Source: Candidatus Pacearchaeota archaeon
GTDB lineage: Archaea > Nanobdellota > Nanobdellia > Pacearchaeales > JAPDKA01
Direction: 5' to 3'
DNA length: 64,000 bases
Assembly: GCA_038840695.1 (NCBI GenBank)
Contig: JAWBVE010000004.1
Coordinates: 774 to 64,773 of the forward strand
Shown: positions 1 to 9,452 of the stretch, in pieces
How positions within the stretch are numbered: position 1 is the stretch's first letter
Layout of the letters: every line of letters begins with the position of its first letter
Translations under genes and position numbers: made by a program
Notes under the pieces: generated by a model
What the model saw: only the letters and a program-made list of their open reading frames with translations
The model's database searches: none
Told to the model about the DNA's origin: nothing

Positions 1-20
1 AAAAGCAGGAAGCGCGAGGC

Positions 21-860
21 ATGAGAAAGAGGCAAAAAATTTTTCAATGCGCGAGCAGGCAAGGCACGCAAAATACATGCTATGCACGGGGTGCGATAAC
101 GCTCTATGTTATTATCGCAATTCTCATTGTCGTTGTTGGGCTTTTTACTTTCAGCATTGTTGCCAGGAGCAGAACAAAGAAAGCTGTTGAGCCAGAGTGG
201 TTTAGAGATTATGTGAAGGGCTGCGTTAAGCAATGGCTAGACCGAGCTATTTTAACAGTAAATCTCTTTGCTTGTGGCACATTGCCTAGTGGCAAGCCAG
301 CCTGCTATGGCCAAATACCTTACTTTTGCTATAATGATGTGCCAGGCCAAAATTGCATCCCACAAGATCCGCTCGATTATTCAAGCATAATTAACATTGT
401 TAAGGGCAATGTATCACTGTGCATTAATAATGCTACAGCTGAAGCACAAAAAAAGGGCTTTGAAACTACGCCACAATCTTTCACTCCATCAAACATTGAT
501 GTCAATTTTAGCTCGACATTTGAGCTAATAAAGCTCGACATAACAGCGCCGATAACATTAAAAAGAGGCGATCTAACAATAAGTATGTCAAGATTTGATG
601 TCGAGACAGAAAACAAGGGGCAGATAGTTTGGGGCAATCTAGAAATGTTTAGAGATGTGGTAAATTCAATAGTACAGCTTGAAAGCATTGGAGACTATAC
701 CCTTAATGAATTAGCTGAAAACCAGGAAATTTTTAAAGATGTAATAATCAGCATTGAAGATGGCAATCCATTTTATCCTTTTGGTGGAGGAACAAGAGTT
801 TATGCTTTAGAAAAACAAGGCCAAAAGTTTAAATTTGCGATAAGAGAGATAAAATATTAG
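21..860 (+). CDS. hypothetical membrane-anchored extracellular protein with a pilin-like leader
   Basis: ATG at 21. Basic N-terminus (MRKRQK..ARG) followed by one hydrophobic segment (AITLYVIIAILIVVVGLF), then a soluble domain. No recognisable catalytic motif. Confidence 0.45.
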   Translation: MRKRQKIFQCASRQGTQNTCYARGAITLYVIIAILIVVVGLFTFSIVARSRTKKAVEPEWFRDYVKGCVKQWLDRAILTVNLFACGTLPSGKPACYGQIPYFCYNDVPGQNCIPQDPLDYSSIINIVKGNVSLCINNATAEAQKKGFETTPQSFTPSNIDVNFSSTFELIKLDITAPITLKRGDLTISMSRFDVETENKGQIVWGNLEMFRDVVNSIVQLESIGDYTLNELAENQEIFKDVIISIEDGNPFYPFGGGTRVYALEKQGQKFKFAIREIKY

Positions 861-882
861 AATAAAATAGACAAAAAATAGA

Positions 883-3800
883 ATGAAAAAAAAGAGTGCC
901 TGCGTAATTTTGATGACAATTTTATTGCTAGTGCTAATCCCTTTGAGTGCAGCAATTGTCTATCATCCAGGCCTGGTAAGAGATGCTTTTCCTACAGAGC
1001 AGAGCGGGTGCATAAATGAATTGAACAACTGCGGACGAGACATTAATTGTGTCAAAGACAAAAACAAAATATGTGAAAATAATCCTTATGTTACAATTGT
1101 GTGTAAGGAAGGAAATGTTTCAATTGGCGGCTCTATTGACACTTGCACAATCAATGAAAGCCAAATAATTTTTTCAGGAAATTATCTCTTGGTCTATAAC
1201 TTTACCAATTTTATGATTGAGAAAGGGCCTTTAAAATATAAAGATATTGAGCTTAGAGTTGTTTCATTGTCTACTCTTTTTGCTGATGAAGGGAGCGCTA
1301 AAGGCGGTAACACAACAAAAGGTAAGTTCAATCAATCGGGTGGGCGAGGTGGAAAAGGAGCAACATTGACAAGCTTTGCCTATGCAGGCACGAAGGGCAA
1401 TGACAGTGATAAAAAAGGTGGAGAAGGAGGCTATGGCGGAGGAAGCATAATTATTTATGCCAAAAATTTTACTAATTATGGAAGGCTTAATGCTAATGGC
1501 GTAGTAGGAGAGGCTGGGAGTGGATGCGAGGGTTGCCAAGGGAGTGGTGGAGGCGGCGGCGGAGGTGGAGGCTTGGTTGTAATAAATGCTGATTATTTTG
1601 ATAATCAGGGAACAATTTCTGCTGAGGGAGGAGTTGGCGGGCTAGGTGGAGAAGAGTATGGTGGAGGAGGTGGAGGCGGAGACGGAGGAACAATTCATCT
1701 TAATGTAAAAGAAATAAAAAATGAAGGAAATCTTTTTGTTGATGGAGGGCCTGGCGGATGCTCTGCGTGGAATCTTACTGAAGAAGGGGAAAAAGAAAAT
1801 ATTTTTTGTGGTGCTCAAGGTGGGTATGAGAATTGGCTAATCAAAACCTTTTGGTTTGCACGTAAAGAGGAAGAAATTAAAAAGGATGGAGAGAAAGGAA
1901 AGTGCTTAGCAGAAGAAGGAAAATGGAGAGGATGGGCGGTTTTGGATTCATGCGCGAGAATTGAATTTAATATATGTGACCCAACGCGTAATGTGCCTGA
2001 GGGGGAACCAAAATGTGAAAAAACGAAGGGTAATATGAATCATTCAATAGCCCTTAGAACTTATGAATGCGTGTCACACAAGATGTGGCATAAAGGTTAT
2101 AATTGCTTGGGCGCTGCAGCACCTGAAAGTGGAGATTTTGATGCCCCAACCATAGGCGAAGAAGAGCCGGGCCAAAATGGCGCAGATGGAACTATAATAG
2201 AAGCAAATTGCATTTATAAAGCATATAATGGATCGATCTTACTAAAAAACAATGGTGATTTTTGGTGTGATTATTTTAGTAATTATAATATAGAAGAGGG
2301 GGGTGATAAGGTGGGTACATTGCACATGTTGTTTTGGTGCAATGATGGGAAAATTGCTGCGTCGCAGCTTTCAAATAGAGCCCATATTTGCAAGGATGGC
2401 GAATTTGAGCTAAACCTTTTTTCTCAATGTTTTCAACTCAGCTCTGAGAATTGTGCAAACAATTGGCAATGTAGGAAAATTAATGACAAGTGTGTTCCAA
2501 AATATCCTTCAGCAGAAGCTGATTGCTCATATGGAAATAGCATTATAAAGGGAAATGGAGAATGTACTCTTAATTCTAGCACATATTTTCAACCTTACAA
2601 AGAGTGCGTCAGAGCGAGCTTAGGAAACAATGATTTAAATCCCTCTAAGGCCATTTGTAGCTCGGTCGGTGATTGTGGCAACAATAGCCACTTCTCAGAA
2701 GAGGTTTCCCTTGGTGAGGGCTACGATATTATTCCTCTCGACAATTCAAGCGCATTATTTAAATGCGAGAAGGTTGAGTTAAAGCCTCAGACTGAAGATA
2801 CATGCTCAACATGCAATGAAGAACCGCTATCTGAATATGGAAGATGTACTGATTATGTTTGCAGCAGTCTTGGAAGCGATTGTAAATATAATAGTGAAAC
2901 AAAACAATGTGAAAAGACTTATTCAGGAATAGAGCCTTATTTAACAGATATTGGTGTAAGCGCTGAAGGCTATGAATGCAAAATAGAAAAAGAAGTTGTA
3001 GAAGGAAAGGTGCTCCCTTCAATCACTTTGAGTTGTGCAACTGCTGGAGAATGCATTTTACCTTATTCAAAACTTAAGTTAACTTATAGCACAAATAATG
3101 ACACAATTTGTAAGATAGCAATTTATCCTAAAGGCCAATCTCTCAGTGCTTCCTGGGAAAACATGAGTAATGCAGATAATAATGCAAATTTCTTTACTAC
3201 GCAACATGTTTGGGACATTCCTGCATATTTTTTCCCAAAGCTTGATCAAGATGTGAGTGCTCATGCCTATCTTGTATGTAAAAATAGGTATGGCAAAAGT
3301 AAAACTTATGAAATAAACTTTTGTGTTTCAGGCACAGATAATATCCCGCCAGCAATCGAGACTTCTTATGTGGATAGAGAAGAAGTTGCACCAGGACCAC
3401 AAAGTATGAAAATTTATGTGAATGAGCCAGTAGAAAATTGCACAGTGACCTTATCATCAGGAGGACAACTATTACTTAATAAAAATAACTTTAGTTATTC
3501 GAGGGAAGGCAAAATTGTGGCGGAATTTTCATTTGATATGCCTACACAAGATTTAAGCATTCAAATACAATGTGAAGATGAGAGTGGAAATGTTGGAGGG
3601 AAAAGCCTAACTTTAATACCGGCCGTAAGAGGGATTTCTCTTGCTATCGAAAGCCCGCAAGATAATTCAATTTTTACTACTTGCTATGATGAAGTTGAAA
3701 TAAATTATGCACTGTCAGTAGACACTGCATGCAATTTAGTTGGTTGTTCTTTAAAGGCGTGTAACACTACTAGTTGCAAAACTTTTTCACTTGGCCAGGA

Positions 3801-4158
3801 ATTACAGGGGAAAATTAAATTGGGTAATGGAAGTTATGTGCTTAATTTCTCTTGTTCAGATAGCTGCAACTTTGAAGCAAGCCAAAATGTAAGTATAAGT
3901 GTTAATGTTGACAAAGAGGGGCCGCACGTAAAAAGACTATACAAGGAAGGAGGCAATCTTGTAATTATTACAGATAAAAAGGCAAGTTGTTATGAATTGG
4001 CAAGATGTAGAGATGTTACGCAGAATGAATTAATATTTATCAGCCCATTTTCTCAAAATGCAATAAATCATCTCTTACCTTGGCGATTAGCTCCTTATTA
4101 TGCGTGGTGTCAGGATGAATGTGGTGATGGAGAATGCAATATAATAAATCCACTTTAA
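883..4158 (+). CDS. large secreted Cys-rich surface protein with Gly-rich beta-helix-like repeat region
   Basis: N-terminal signal/TM (ILMTILLLVLIPLSAAIV). Gly-rich repeats at roughly nt 1280-1700 (GGEGGYGGGSIIIYAKNF..., GSGGGGGGGGGLVVINADYF..., GGGGGGGDGGTIHLNV). The protein contains more than 60 Cys in total. Stop TAA at 4156-4158. Confidence 0.6.
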   Translation: MKKKSACVILMTILLLVLIPLSAAIVYHPGLVRDAFPTEQSGCINELNNCGRDINCVKDKNKICENNPYVTIVCKEGNVSIGGSIDTCTINESQIIFSGNYLLVYNFTNFMIEKGPLKYKDIELRVVSLSTLFADEGSAKGGNTTKGKFNQSGGRGGKGATLTSFAYAGTKGNDSDKKGGEGGYGGGSIIIYAKNFTNYGRLNANGVVGEAGSGCEGCQGSGGGGGGGGGLVVINADYFDNQGTISAEGGVGGLGGEEYGGGGGGGDGGTIHLNVKEIKNEGNLFVDGGPGGCSAWNLTEEGEKENIFCGAQGGYENWLIKTFWFARKEEEIKKDGEKGKCLAEEGKWRGWAVLDSCARIEFNICDPTRNVPEGEPKCEKTKGNMNHSIALRTYECVSHKMWHKGYNCLGAAAPESGDFDAPTIGEEEPGQNGADGTIIEANCIYKAYNGSILLKNNGDFWCDYFSNYNIEEGGDKVGTLHMLFWCNDGKIAASQLSNRAHICKDGEFELNLFSQCFQLSSENCANNWQCRKINDKCVPKYPSAEADCSYGNSIIKGNGECTLNSSTYFQPYKECVRASLGNNDLNPSKAICSSVGDCGNNSHFSEEVSLGEGYDIIPLDNSSALFKCEKVELKPQTEDTCSTCNEEPLSEYGRCTDYVCSSLGSDCKYNSETKQCEKTYSGIEPYLTDIGVSAEGYECKIEKEVVEGKVLPSITLSCATAGECILPYSKLKLTYSTNNDTICKIAIYPKGQSLSASWENMSNADNNANFFTTQHVWDIPAYFFPKLDQDVSAHAYLVCKNRYGKSKTYEINFCVSGTDNIPPAIETSYVDREEVAPGPQSMKIYVNEPVENCTVTLSSGGQLLLNKNNFSYSREGKIVAEFSFDMPTQDLSIQIQCEDESGNVGGKSLTLIPAVRGISLAIESPQDNSIFTTCYDEVEINYALSVDTACNLVGCSLKACNTTSCKTFSLGQELQGKIKLGNGSYVLNFSCSDSCNFEASQNVSISVNVDKEGPHVKRLYKEGGNLVIITDKKASCYELARCRDVTQNELIFISPFSQNAINHLLPWRLAPYYAWCQDECGDGECNIINPL

Positions 4159-4166
4159 AAAGAGGC

Positions 4167-6440
4167 ATGAAAGGAAAGATGGGAAGAAAGTTAATTGCTT
4201 TGTTTATTTTGCTTAGTTTACTTAGCATGAGCTTTTGCCTTGCTCTTTCATCCTCAGATGAACTTACAAAAGTTAAGAGAGGATATAATTGGTTAAATGC
4301 TAATGCAATAAAGCCAGGCTCAAACGAAATTGAGCTTAGCATCTCAACCTTTGCTCTGAAAGAGAGGCTTTCCACTAATCAAATCAAGCTCATAAACAAA
4401 ACCTTGCTTGAAAAAAGTTATGGCAATGGCACATGCTGGCCAGGGCCGCAAGAAAATAGCTGTGATGTGCTAGTGACTGCCATAGTAAAATTTGGGCTTG
4501 ATAGCATTGGCTTAGACACAAGCAAAGCAACCGAATGGCTTAGAAGGCATTTTATTCCTATTATGATTAGCGACATAAAATGGTATTTGCAGCTTACATC
4601 GCCAAACGCTTTTACATGTTATCTTAGAATCAATGATAGCGCAGTCATTCAGAATGTTAGCTTTAACGAAGCTGGAAGCATCGTGGCTTCTTCTCTTACT
4701 GAATGTTTTTCAGAAGCCGCGGCAAAGTATTGGCTAGAAATAAATCAATCATGTCTTAATAAAAGCTTTGAGATAATTTGTGATAAAGATGTTAAAGCAA
4801 ATTTTATTTTTGCAAGTAGTGCAAGCGGTGCATGGTTTGTACCTGGTGAAACTTTTGAGCTTAGTGCTAATGTAGCTAGCAAGTTGAGTATTCCTGTTCA
4901 ATATTGTCTTGCTCCTACCAATACTTGTAATTATGAAGCAAGCGCTTGGATGGCCTTTGCACTTCAACAAGTTAACTCATCTCTTGCAAGAAGCTTTTTG
5001 CTTTATCTTCTTTCAAAAGCTAGCGAAAATCAAAAGTATCTGCCTTATGCCTTTCTTTATGCTTTAATGAATAGCAGTGAATATTCGAGCAATGTTGTTG
5101 CATTAAGAAAGCCAAGTGGCTTGATCGAAGCGCCGAGTAGTGCTTATAACGAATACTATGACACAGGGCTTGCTGGAATGACAGGAGCCTTAGAAGGAGT
5201 AAATTTGTCAGTAACTAAGGCAACGCTTTTAAGTAATCAAAGTGCTCAGGGCTTTTGGCTTGCAAGCAGGAACAATGATACAATAAGGGATACAGCGCTG
5301 ATCCTGGCTGGAATATGGCCTGGCTTTACAGGCTATTCTGCCTGTGAGCTTGCAGGTTATAGTTGTGTAGCCAATTGCAGTGCTACTGGCGGCATCTTGC
5401 AGGCATTTTCATGCTTTGTTGGGGAATGTTGTAATATAAATGGCATTGAGGGAGCATGCGAGATTAGAGGAGGAAATTGCACAACAAATACAACATGCTC
5501 TGCTAATGAAACACAAGTGCCTTATGCATGCAGCTCTGGAAAATGTTGTAAGCCATTAAGTCAATCACTCTGTGTAGCTGAGATAAATGGTAGTGTTTGT
5601 CTACCAAGCCAGAAATGTGTTGCAGCAGGCTCTGTAGTTCCTTTCATAAGCTCGAGTGATAGCAATTATTGCTGTAAGGGCAATTGTACTACGCCGACTC
5701 CAACAAAAAGCTGTGCAGAGCTTGGCGGCGAGATTTGTGATTCTAATGCAGGCAAATCATGCTCTCAAGGAAAGTGGCTTCTTAATGCAAATGATACAAG
5801 CTTTTGCTGTCAGCAAGGCTATTGCTCGGCTGCTCTACTTCCTTGTGCTCAGCAAAATGGCATTATTTGTAAGCCTGATGAGGAGTGCGTTGGTGGTTAT
5901 CCTGTCATAGCATCTGATACAGGCAATAAGCCGAGCTGCTGTACTCAAGGCGGGAGATGTGTAGCAACAACATGCCAATATAGCTCTTGTGCTGAAGACG
6001 AAGGCTGTAGTGGAAAGAGCTATGAAACAAGTGATGCGCTAAAATGCTGTGAGGGAGAATGTTTAAAAAGCTGCTCAGCTCTTGGAGGCCAGACTTGTAA
6101 TGCTAATCAAAAATGCAAAGGCGAGCTTGTGAGTGCTTCAGATGTGACAAGTTGTTGCATTGGCCAATGCAAAGAAAAAGCTGGCTTTCCTTTTGGCATT
6201 TTAATTTTTATTTTACTAGTTCTTGGTCTTGGCGTAGCAGGCTTTATCTTATTCAAGAAAGGAAAGCTAAGTAAGGAAAAAATTAAAGCAGCCTTTAGTG
6301 GGCTTGGAAAAATAATAAAAATAAAGAAAAAGCCAAGGCCAGGAACAGGAGCACAGGCAGGCATGCCAGCAGCAATGCCTCCAACAATGCCGGCAATTCC
6401 CCGAGGAATGCCAAGGCCAGCAGGGCCAGGCACAAAGTAA
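4167..6440 (+). CDS. secreted surface protein: N-terminal alpha/alpha-toroid (prenyltransferase/terpene-cyclase-like QxxxGxW) domain + tandem Cys-rich modules + C-terminal TM anchor with Pro-rich tail
   Basis: The track ORF starts at 4134 and overlaps the upstream gene; the ATG at 4167 follows the upstream stop. Signal peptide LIALFILLSLLSMSFCLA. Motifs GTCWPG, SASGAWFVPG and NQSAQGFWLA match QW-type repeats. About ten ~35-aa modules with spacing C..LGG..C...C.G....SCC.G.C lie at nt ~5340-6180. A C-terminal TM (FPFGILIFILLVLGLGVAGFILF) is followed by a PAMPPTMPAIPRGMPRP tail. Confidence 0.6.
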   Translation: MKGKMGRKLIALFILLSLLSMSFCLALSSSDELTKVKRGYNWLNANAIKPGSNEIELSISTFALKERLSTNQIKLINKTLLEKSYGNGTCWPGPQENSCDVLVTAIVKFGLDSIGLDTSKATEWLRRHFIPIMISDIKWYLQLTSPNAFTCYLRINDSAVIQNVSFNEAGSIVASSLTECFSEAAAKYWLEINQSCLNKSFEIICDKDVKANFIFASSASGAWFVPGETFELSANVASKLSIPVQYCLAPTNTCNYEASAWMAFALQQVNSSLARSFLLYLLSKASENQKYLPYAFLYALMNSSEYSSNVVALRKPSGLIEAPSSAYNEYYDTGLAGMTGALEGVNLSVTKATLLSNQSAQGFWLASRNNDTIRDTALILAGIWPGFTGYSACELAGYSCVANCSATGGILQAFSCFVGECCNINGIEGACEIRGGNCTTNTTCSANETQVPYACSSGKCCKPLSQSLCVAEINGSVCLPSQKCVAAGSVVPFISSSDSNYCCKGNCTTPTPTKSCAELGGEICDSNAGKSCSQGKWLLNANDTSFCCQQGYCSAALLPCAQQNGIICKPDEECVGGYPVIASDTGNKPSCCTQGGRCVATTCQYSSCAEDEGCSGKSYETSDALKCCEGECLKSCSALGGQTCNANQKCKGELVSASDVTSCCIGQCKEKAGFPFGILIFILLVLGLGVAGFILFKKGKLSKEKIKAAFSGLGKIIKIKKKPRPGTGAQAGMPAAMPPTMPAIPRGMPRPAGPGTK

Positions 6441-6459
6441 ACACAAAATATGTGAGCAG

Positions 6460-7050
6460 ATGAAAAATAAGAGCAAGGCCAGGCACAAGAAACACAAGCT
6501 CGAGAAAAACTTACTAGCTGGGCGAGAAGAATGGCTAGTCCGAGGCAGGCGAGGCTTTGAGCTAAGCTTTACTTTTATTTTTTCTCTTATCTTGATTGCT
6601 GTCTTTATTTATGTTGCAATATGGGCGATAAAGCATTTTCTCGAGCTCAAAGATAGAACACTCATTCAGGCATCAATTGATGACATAAAATCCGAAATCC
6701 AAGAAACTTGGCAGGCAGAGGGCAAGCAAGAAACACTAGAATTTTTATTTCCAAAATCTGTAACTTATATTTGCTTCGCAAATTTAACTTCATTAACTTG
6801 TTTAGGAAAAGCTTATTGCTCAGACCTTAATAATTACTCTGCCTACTCCTCCTTTAAGCAATACAACACTTTTGTTCTACCATTCAAGCTTAAGGCAAAG
6901 TATGGCATTCAAGGAGCTTATTTGATTAAATGTGGAGGCATTGATTGTCTTACCTTTGCTAATCCGACGTGTATTCAAAATAAGGCAGGAAAAGTTAAGA
7001 TAAAATTTAGTGGCGTAGCAGGCGGCTTAGTCAATGTGAGTGCTGGCTGA
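6460..7050 (+). CDS. pilin-like protein (class III / type IV pilin-type leader)
   Basis: Basic N-terminus, then RRG|FELSFTFIFSLILIAVFIYVAIW. A positively charged leader, Gly, then a roughly 20-aa hydrophobic segment is the prepilin architecture. First of four adjacent similar genes. Confidence 0.5.
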   Translation: MKNKSKARHKKHKLEKNLLAGREEWLVRGRRGFELSFTFIFSLILIAVFIYVAIWAIKHFLELKDRTLIQASIDDIKSEIQETWQAEGKQETLEFLFPKSVTYICFANLTSLTCLGKAYCSDLNNYSAYSSFKQYNTFVLPFKLKAKYGIQGAYLIKCGGIDCLTFANPTCIQNKAGKVKIKFSGVAGGLVNVSAG

Positions 7051-7091
7051 CTTTAAGCGCATTTTTTTAAACTTATGTGGATTCTTTTTTT

Positions 7092-8102
7092 ATGGAGTTT
7101 GCAAAAAGAGGGGCGCAGAAAGCATGCAAGAGAAAAGCGCAAAATGCACGAAAGGCCCAAATGGCGCGAAAGGTGCAAAAGGCGCGAGCACAAAAAGCAC
7201 AGCTTTCGAGCTTTGCCTGGATTTTTAGCCTTATCATAGGCGCTGTAATTCTTTTCTTTGCCTTCTTTTTTGTAACACAATATGGCAAGCAAGTAGCAAA
7301 GCCAACAAAAGAAGTAAGTGTAGAGAGTGGCATAAATATTTTGCTCGAGCCATTCTCTGAAGTAGGCTCACTTGTTGAGGCTCAAGGCACTGCACTTGAA
7401 TTTCCTGCAGATAGCTACACTGAATTTGGTTGTAATGCGAATAATGACTATAGCGAAATAAAGTGGCGAAATAGAAAAGAAAAAACTTTTTCAATAATAA
7501 AGCAAGTTCCGGACAAATATATTTTTAGTAAGCCTCTCATTACAACACAAAAAGAAACCTTTTTTGCTTTTTCAATGCCACTCAAAGATCCTTTCTTTAT
7601 TGCAACCCCAGTAATAATTGTGGATGGCAAATATTGCTTAACAAACTTGCCTTATCAATACCGAACTAAGCTAGAAGAAATTTCTAAAGATATTATTAGC
7701 AAAACAAAATCAGCGATTAATTTTACTAATTGCCCATCAGATTACTATAAAATAGATATTGGTTGTAGTGCTTGCAATTATGGCTTTGTTGATGGCAAGC
7801 CGTGGTTTTCTGACTTGATTTATGCAGCAATATTTTCAGATTTTGATACATATAATTGCAATCTTGATAGAATTTTGGCTAGAGCAAAGATCTTAGCTTC
7901 TATTTATAAAACAAAAGCCCAACTACTTAGGAATAAAGGTTGTACCATAGGCAACATCGAAGGAGCTTTAGATAGCTTTATTACAGCCATAGATACTTTC
8001 ATGAAAAGCAAAACAGGAAACAATCTAGGTTCTTTATACAATTCAATAGTGCAACTCAGAAATATAAATGCAGGGCTTGTTGCTGATTGCAAGCTTTTTT
8101 AA
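7092..8102 (+). CDS. pilin-like protein (class III leader)
   Basis: The track start 7077 is GTG; an in-frame ATG lies at 7092. Lys/Arg/Ala/Gln-rich leader (KRKAQNARKAQMARKVQKARAQKAQ) followed by LSSFAWIFSLIIGAVILFFAFFFV. Confidence 0.5.
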   Translation: MEFAKRGAQKACKRKAQNARKAQMARKVQKARAQKAQLSSFAWIFSLIIGAVILFFAFFFVTQYGKQVAKPTKEVSVESGINILLEPFSEVGSLVEAQGTALEFPADSYTEFGCNANNDYSEIKWRNRKEKTFSIIKQVPDKYIFSKPLITTQKETFFAFSMPLKDPFFIATPVIIVDGKYCLTNLPYQYRTKLEEISKDIISKTKSAINFTNCPSDYYKIDIGCSACNYGFVDGKPWFSDLIYAAIFSDFDTYNCNLDRILARAKILASIYKTKAQLLRNKGCTIGNIEGALDSFITAIDTFMKSKTGNNLGSLYNSIVQLRNINAGLVADCKLF

Positions 8103-8103
8103 A

Positions 8104-8679
8104 ATGAAAGCCACAGCAAAAAGCAAAACAAGAGCAAGCACTAAGGCGAGGCAAGCACAAATACAATTTCAGGAGATGGCTTTTGTTTTAGTTGGCTTAA
8201 TACTTTTTTTCGGCCTTATTCTTATTTTCTTTAGCATTTACCAATCAGCAAGGATAAAAGAGCTCGCCGAAACAACGAGAAGAGAGGAAACAATATCAAA
8301 GATTCAGTCTATAGCAAATAGCCCAGAGTTTGCTTGTAGAGAGGCTTATTGTGTTGATGAGGAAAAGTTGCTTGGTTTTGCAGCCCTTGATGCTAGTAAA
8401 AAGCAAAGATATGAGAAGATGTGGGAAGGAGCAAAGATTGTGCTAATAGCTTTCGAGCGAATTTGGCCACAAAAAAAACAAGCTCTATGCAATGAAAGAA
8501 ATCCTCCTCCAGACTGCACCATCCATGTCATCTATAATAAGACAGCAGGCAAAAATTGGGAAAGCCATTCAATATTTGTGCCACTTTGCCACTACTTATC
8601 ACAAACTAGCAGCAGTGGCCTCAGTGGCTATCGATGCACAATAGGAAAAGCAGTCGTAGCTTTCGAGACAACAAAATAA
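8104..8679 (+). CDS. pilin-like protein (class III leader)
   Basis: The track start 8068 overlaps the upstream gene. The ATG at 8104 lies 1 nt after the upstream TAA (8100-8102). Leader KSKTRASTKARQAQ|IQFQEMAFVLVGLILFFGLILIFF, with Glu at +5 after the AQ site as in bacterial type IV pilins. Confidence 0.5.
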   Translation: MKATAKSKTRASTKARQAQIQFQEMAFVLVGLILFFGLILIFFSIYQSARIKELAETTRREETISKIQSIANSPEFACREAYCVDEEKLLGFAALDASKKQRYEKMWEGAKIVLIAFERIWPQKKQALCNERNPPPDCTIHVIYNKTAGKNWESHSIFVPLCHYLSQTSSSGLSGYRCTIGKAVVAFETTK

Positions 8680-8838
8680 AGCAAGGCAAAAAGCAAAAGC
8701 AAGCAAAAAAGATGGAAAACAAAAATGTGCAACAAGAAAAAATAAAACAAATGCTAAGCAAAAATAGAAAACAAAAAAAGTAAAATCAAAAAGCAAAAAT
8801 CAAAAAGTAAAAAAGCAAAAAAAGCAAAAAAGGCAAAA

Positions 8839-9396
8839 ATGGAAGAAAAAAACAAAAGAAAAGAGAAAAGAGCATGCTCTGTGAGAGCGCGAAGGGCGCA
8901 GCAAGAAGTTTTTGGCTTTGTTATTATTGTGCTACTTGTAATTGTTATAGGCATCATTATGCTAGCTTTTTCAATGCAGCGCAGCTTGAGAAAGCCTACA
9001 GCAGTGGCTGACATAAAAGTTAATAGCCTGCTTAATGCAATCATGCAATACACAAGCGAGTGCAACAACAAAAAAATCAGTGAAGTGATTGCAATGTGTG
9101 CGAATAATGAGCAGTGTGATGGTGGGGGAAACGCTTGTGATTATCTAACAAAGAATCTGACGGCTATTTTGAGTGCGAGCTTTCCTACTGTGAAGGACGG
9201 CAAAGGTTTTTTTAGTGGTTATAATCTGACTATTGGGGCTATTGGGACGCAGCCGTTTATTTCTATTACAGGCGGCGAGCAGAAGGGCAATGTTGTGGCA
9301 GGCTACTGGATAGTTCCAATACCACCAACAACAGGGCAACCAGCAACGAGCGTCGAGGCAAGACTTTATCTTTATTATCGAACAACGCAAACTTAG
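8839..9396 (+). CDS. pilin-like protein (class III leader)
   Basis: Leader RACSVRARRAQ|QEVFGFVIIVLLVIVIGIIMLAF. Preceded by a 150-nt A-rich leader (8690-8838). Confidence 0.5.
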   Translation: MEEKNKRKEKRACSVRARRAQQEVFGFVIIVLLVIVIGIIMLAFSMQRSLRKPTAVADIKVNSLLNAIMQYTSECNNKKISEVIAMCANNEQCDGGGNACDYLTKNLTAILSASFPTVKDGKGFFSGYNLTIGAIGTQPFISITGGEQKGNVVAGYWIVPIPPTTGQPATSVEARLYLYYRTTQT

Positions 9397-9452
9397 CTTT
9401 CTTAGCTTTTAACTTAGCTCTTAGCTAGCTCTTGCTTATCTAGCAAGTTTTA

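Noticed and set aside
1264-1693. Antisense ORFs (91 aa and 66 aa, His/Leu/Pro-rich) inside the 883-4158 gene
   Set aside because: They are shadow frames of the GGN-rich Gly repeat region read on the opposite strand. They have low-complexity composition and sit fully inside a much longer, motif-supported sense ORF.
883-4158. Interpreting the Gly-rich repeat protein as a PE-PGRS-like or collagen-like protein
   Set aside because: The repeat periodicity is not GGA/GGN-doublet (PGRS) nor Gly-X-Y (collagen). Hydrophobic I/V/A positions alternate as in beta-helix or beta-roll repeats, and the protein is Cys-rich with a signal peptide.
8690-8838. Possible CRISPR array or mobile-element remnants in the periodic A-rich tracts
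   Set aside because: The tracts lack any 24-40-nt conserved direct repeat separated by unique spacers; they are simple low-complexity purine runs. No cas genes, transposase, integrase or IS-like terminal inverted repeats were found anywhere in the window. No tRNA 3'-end duplications marking integration sites were seen.
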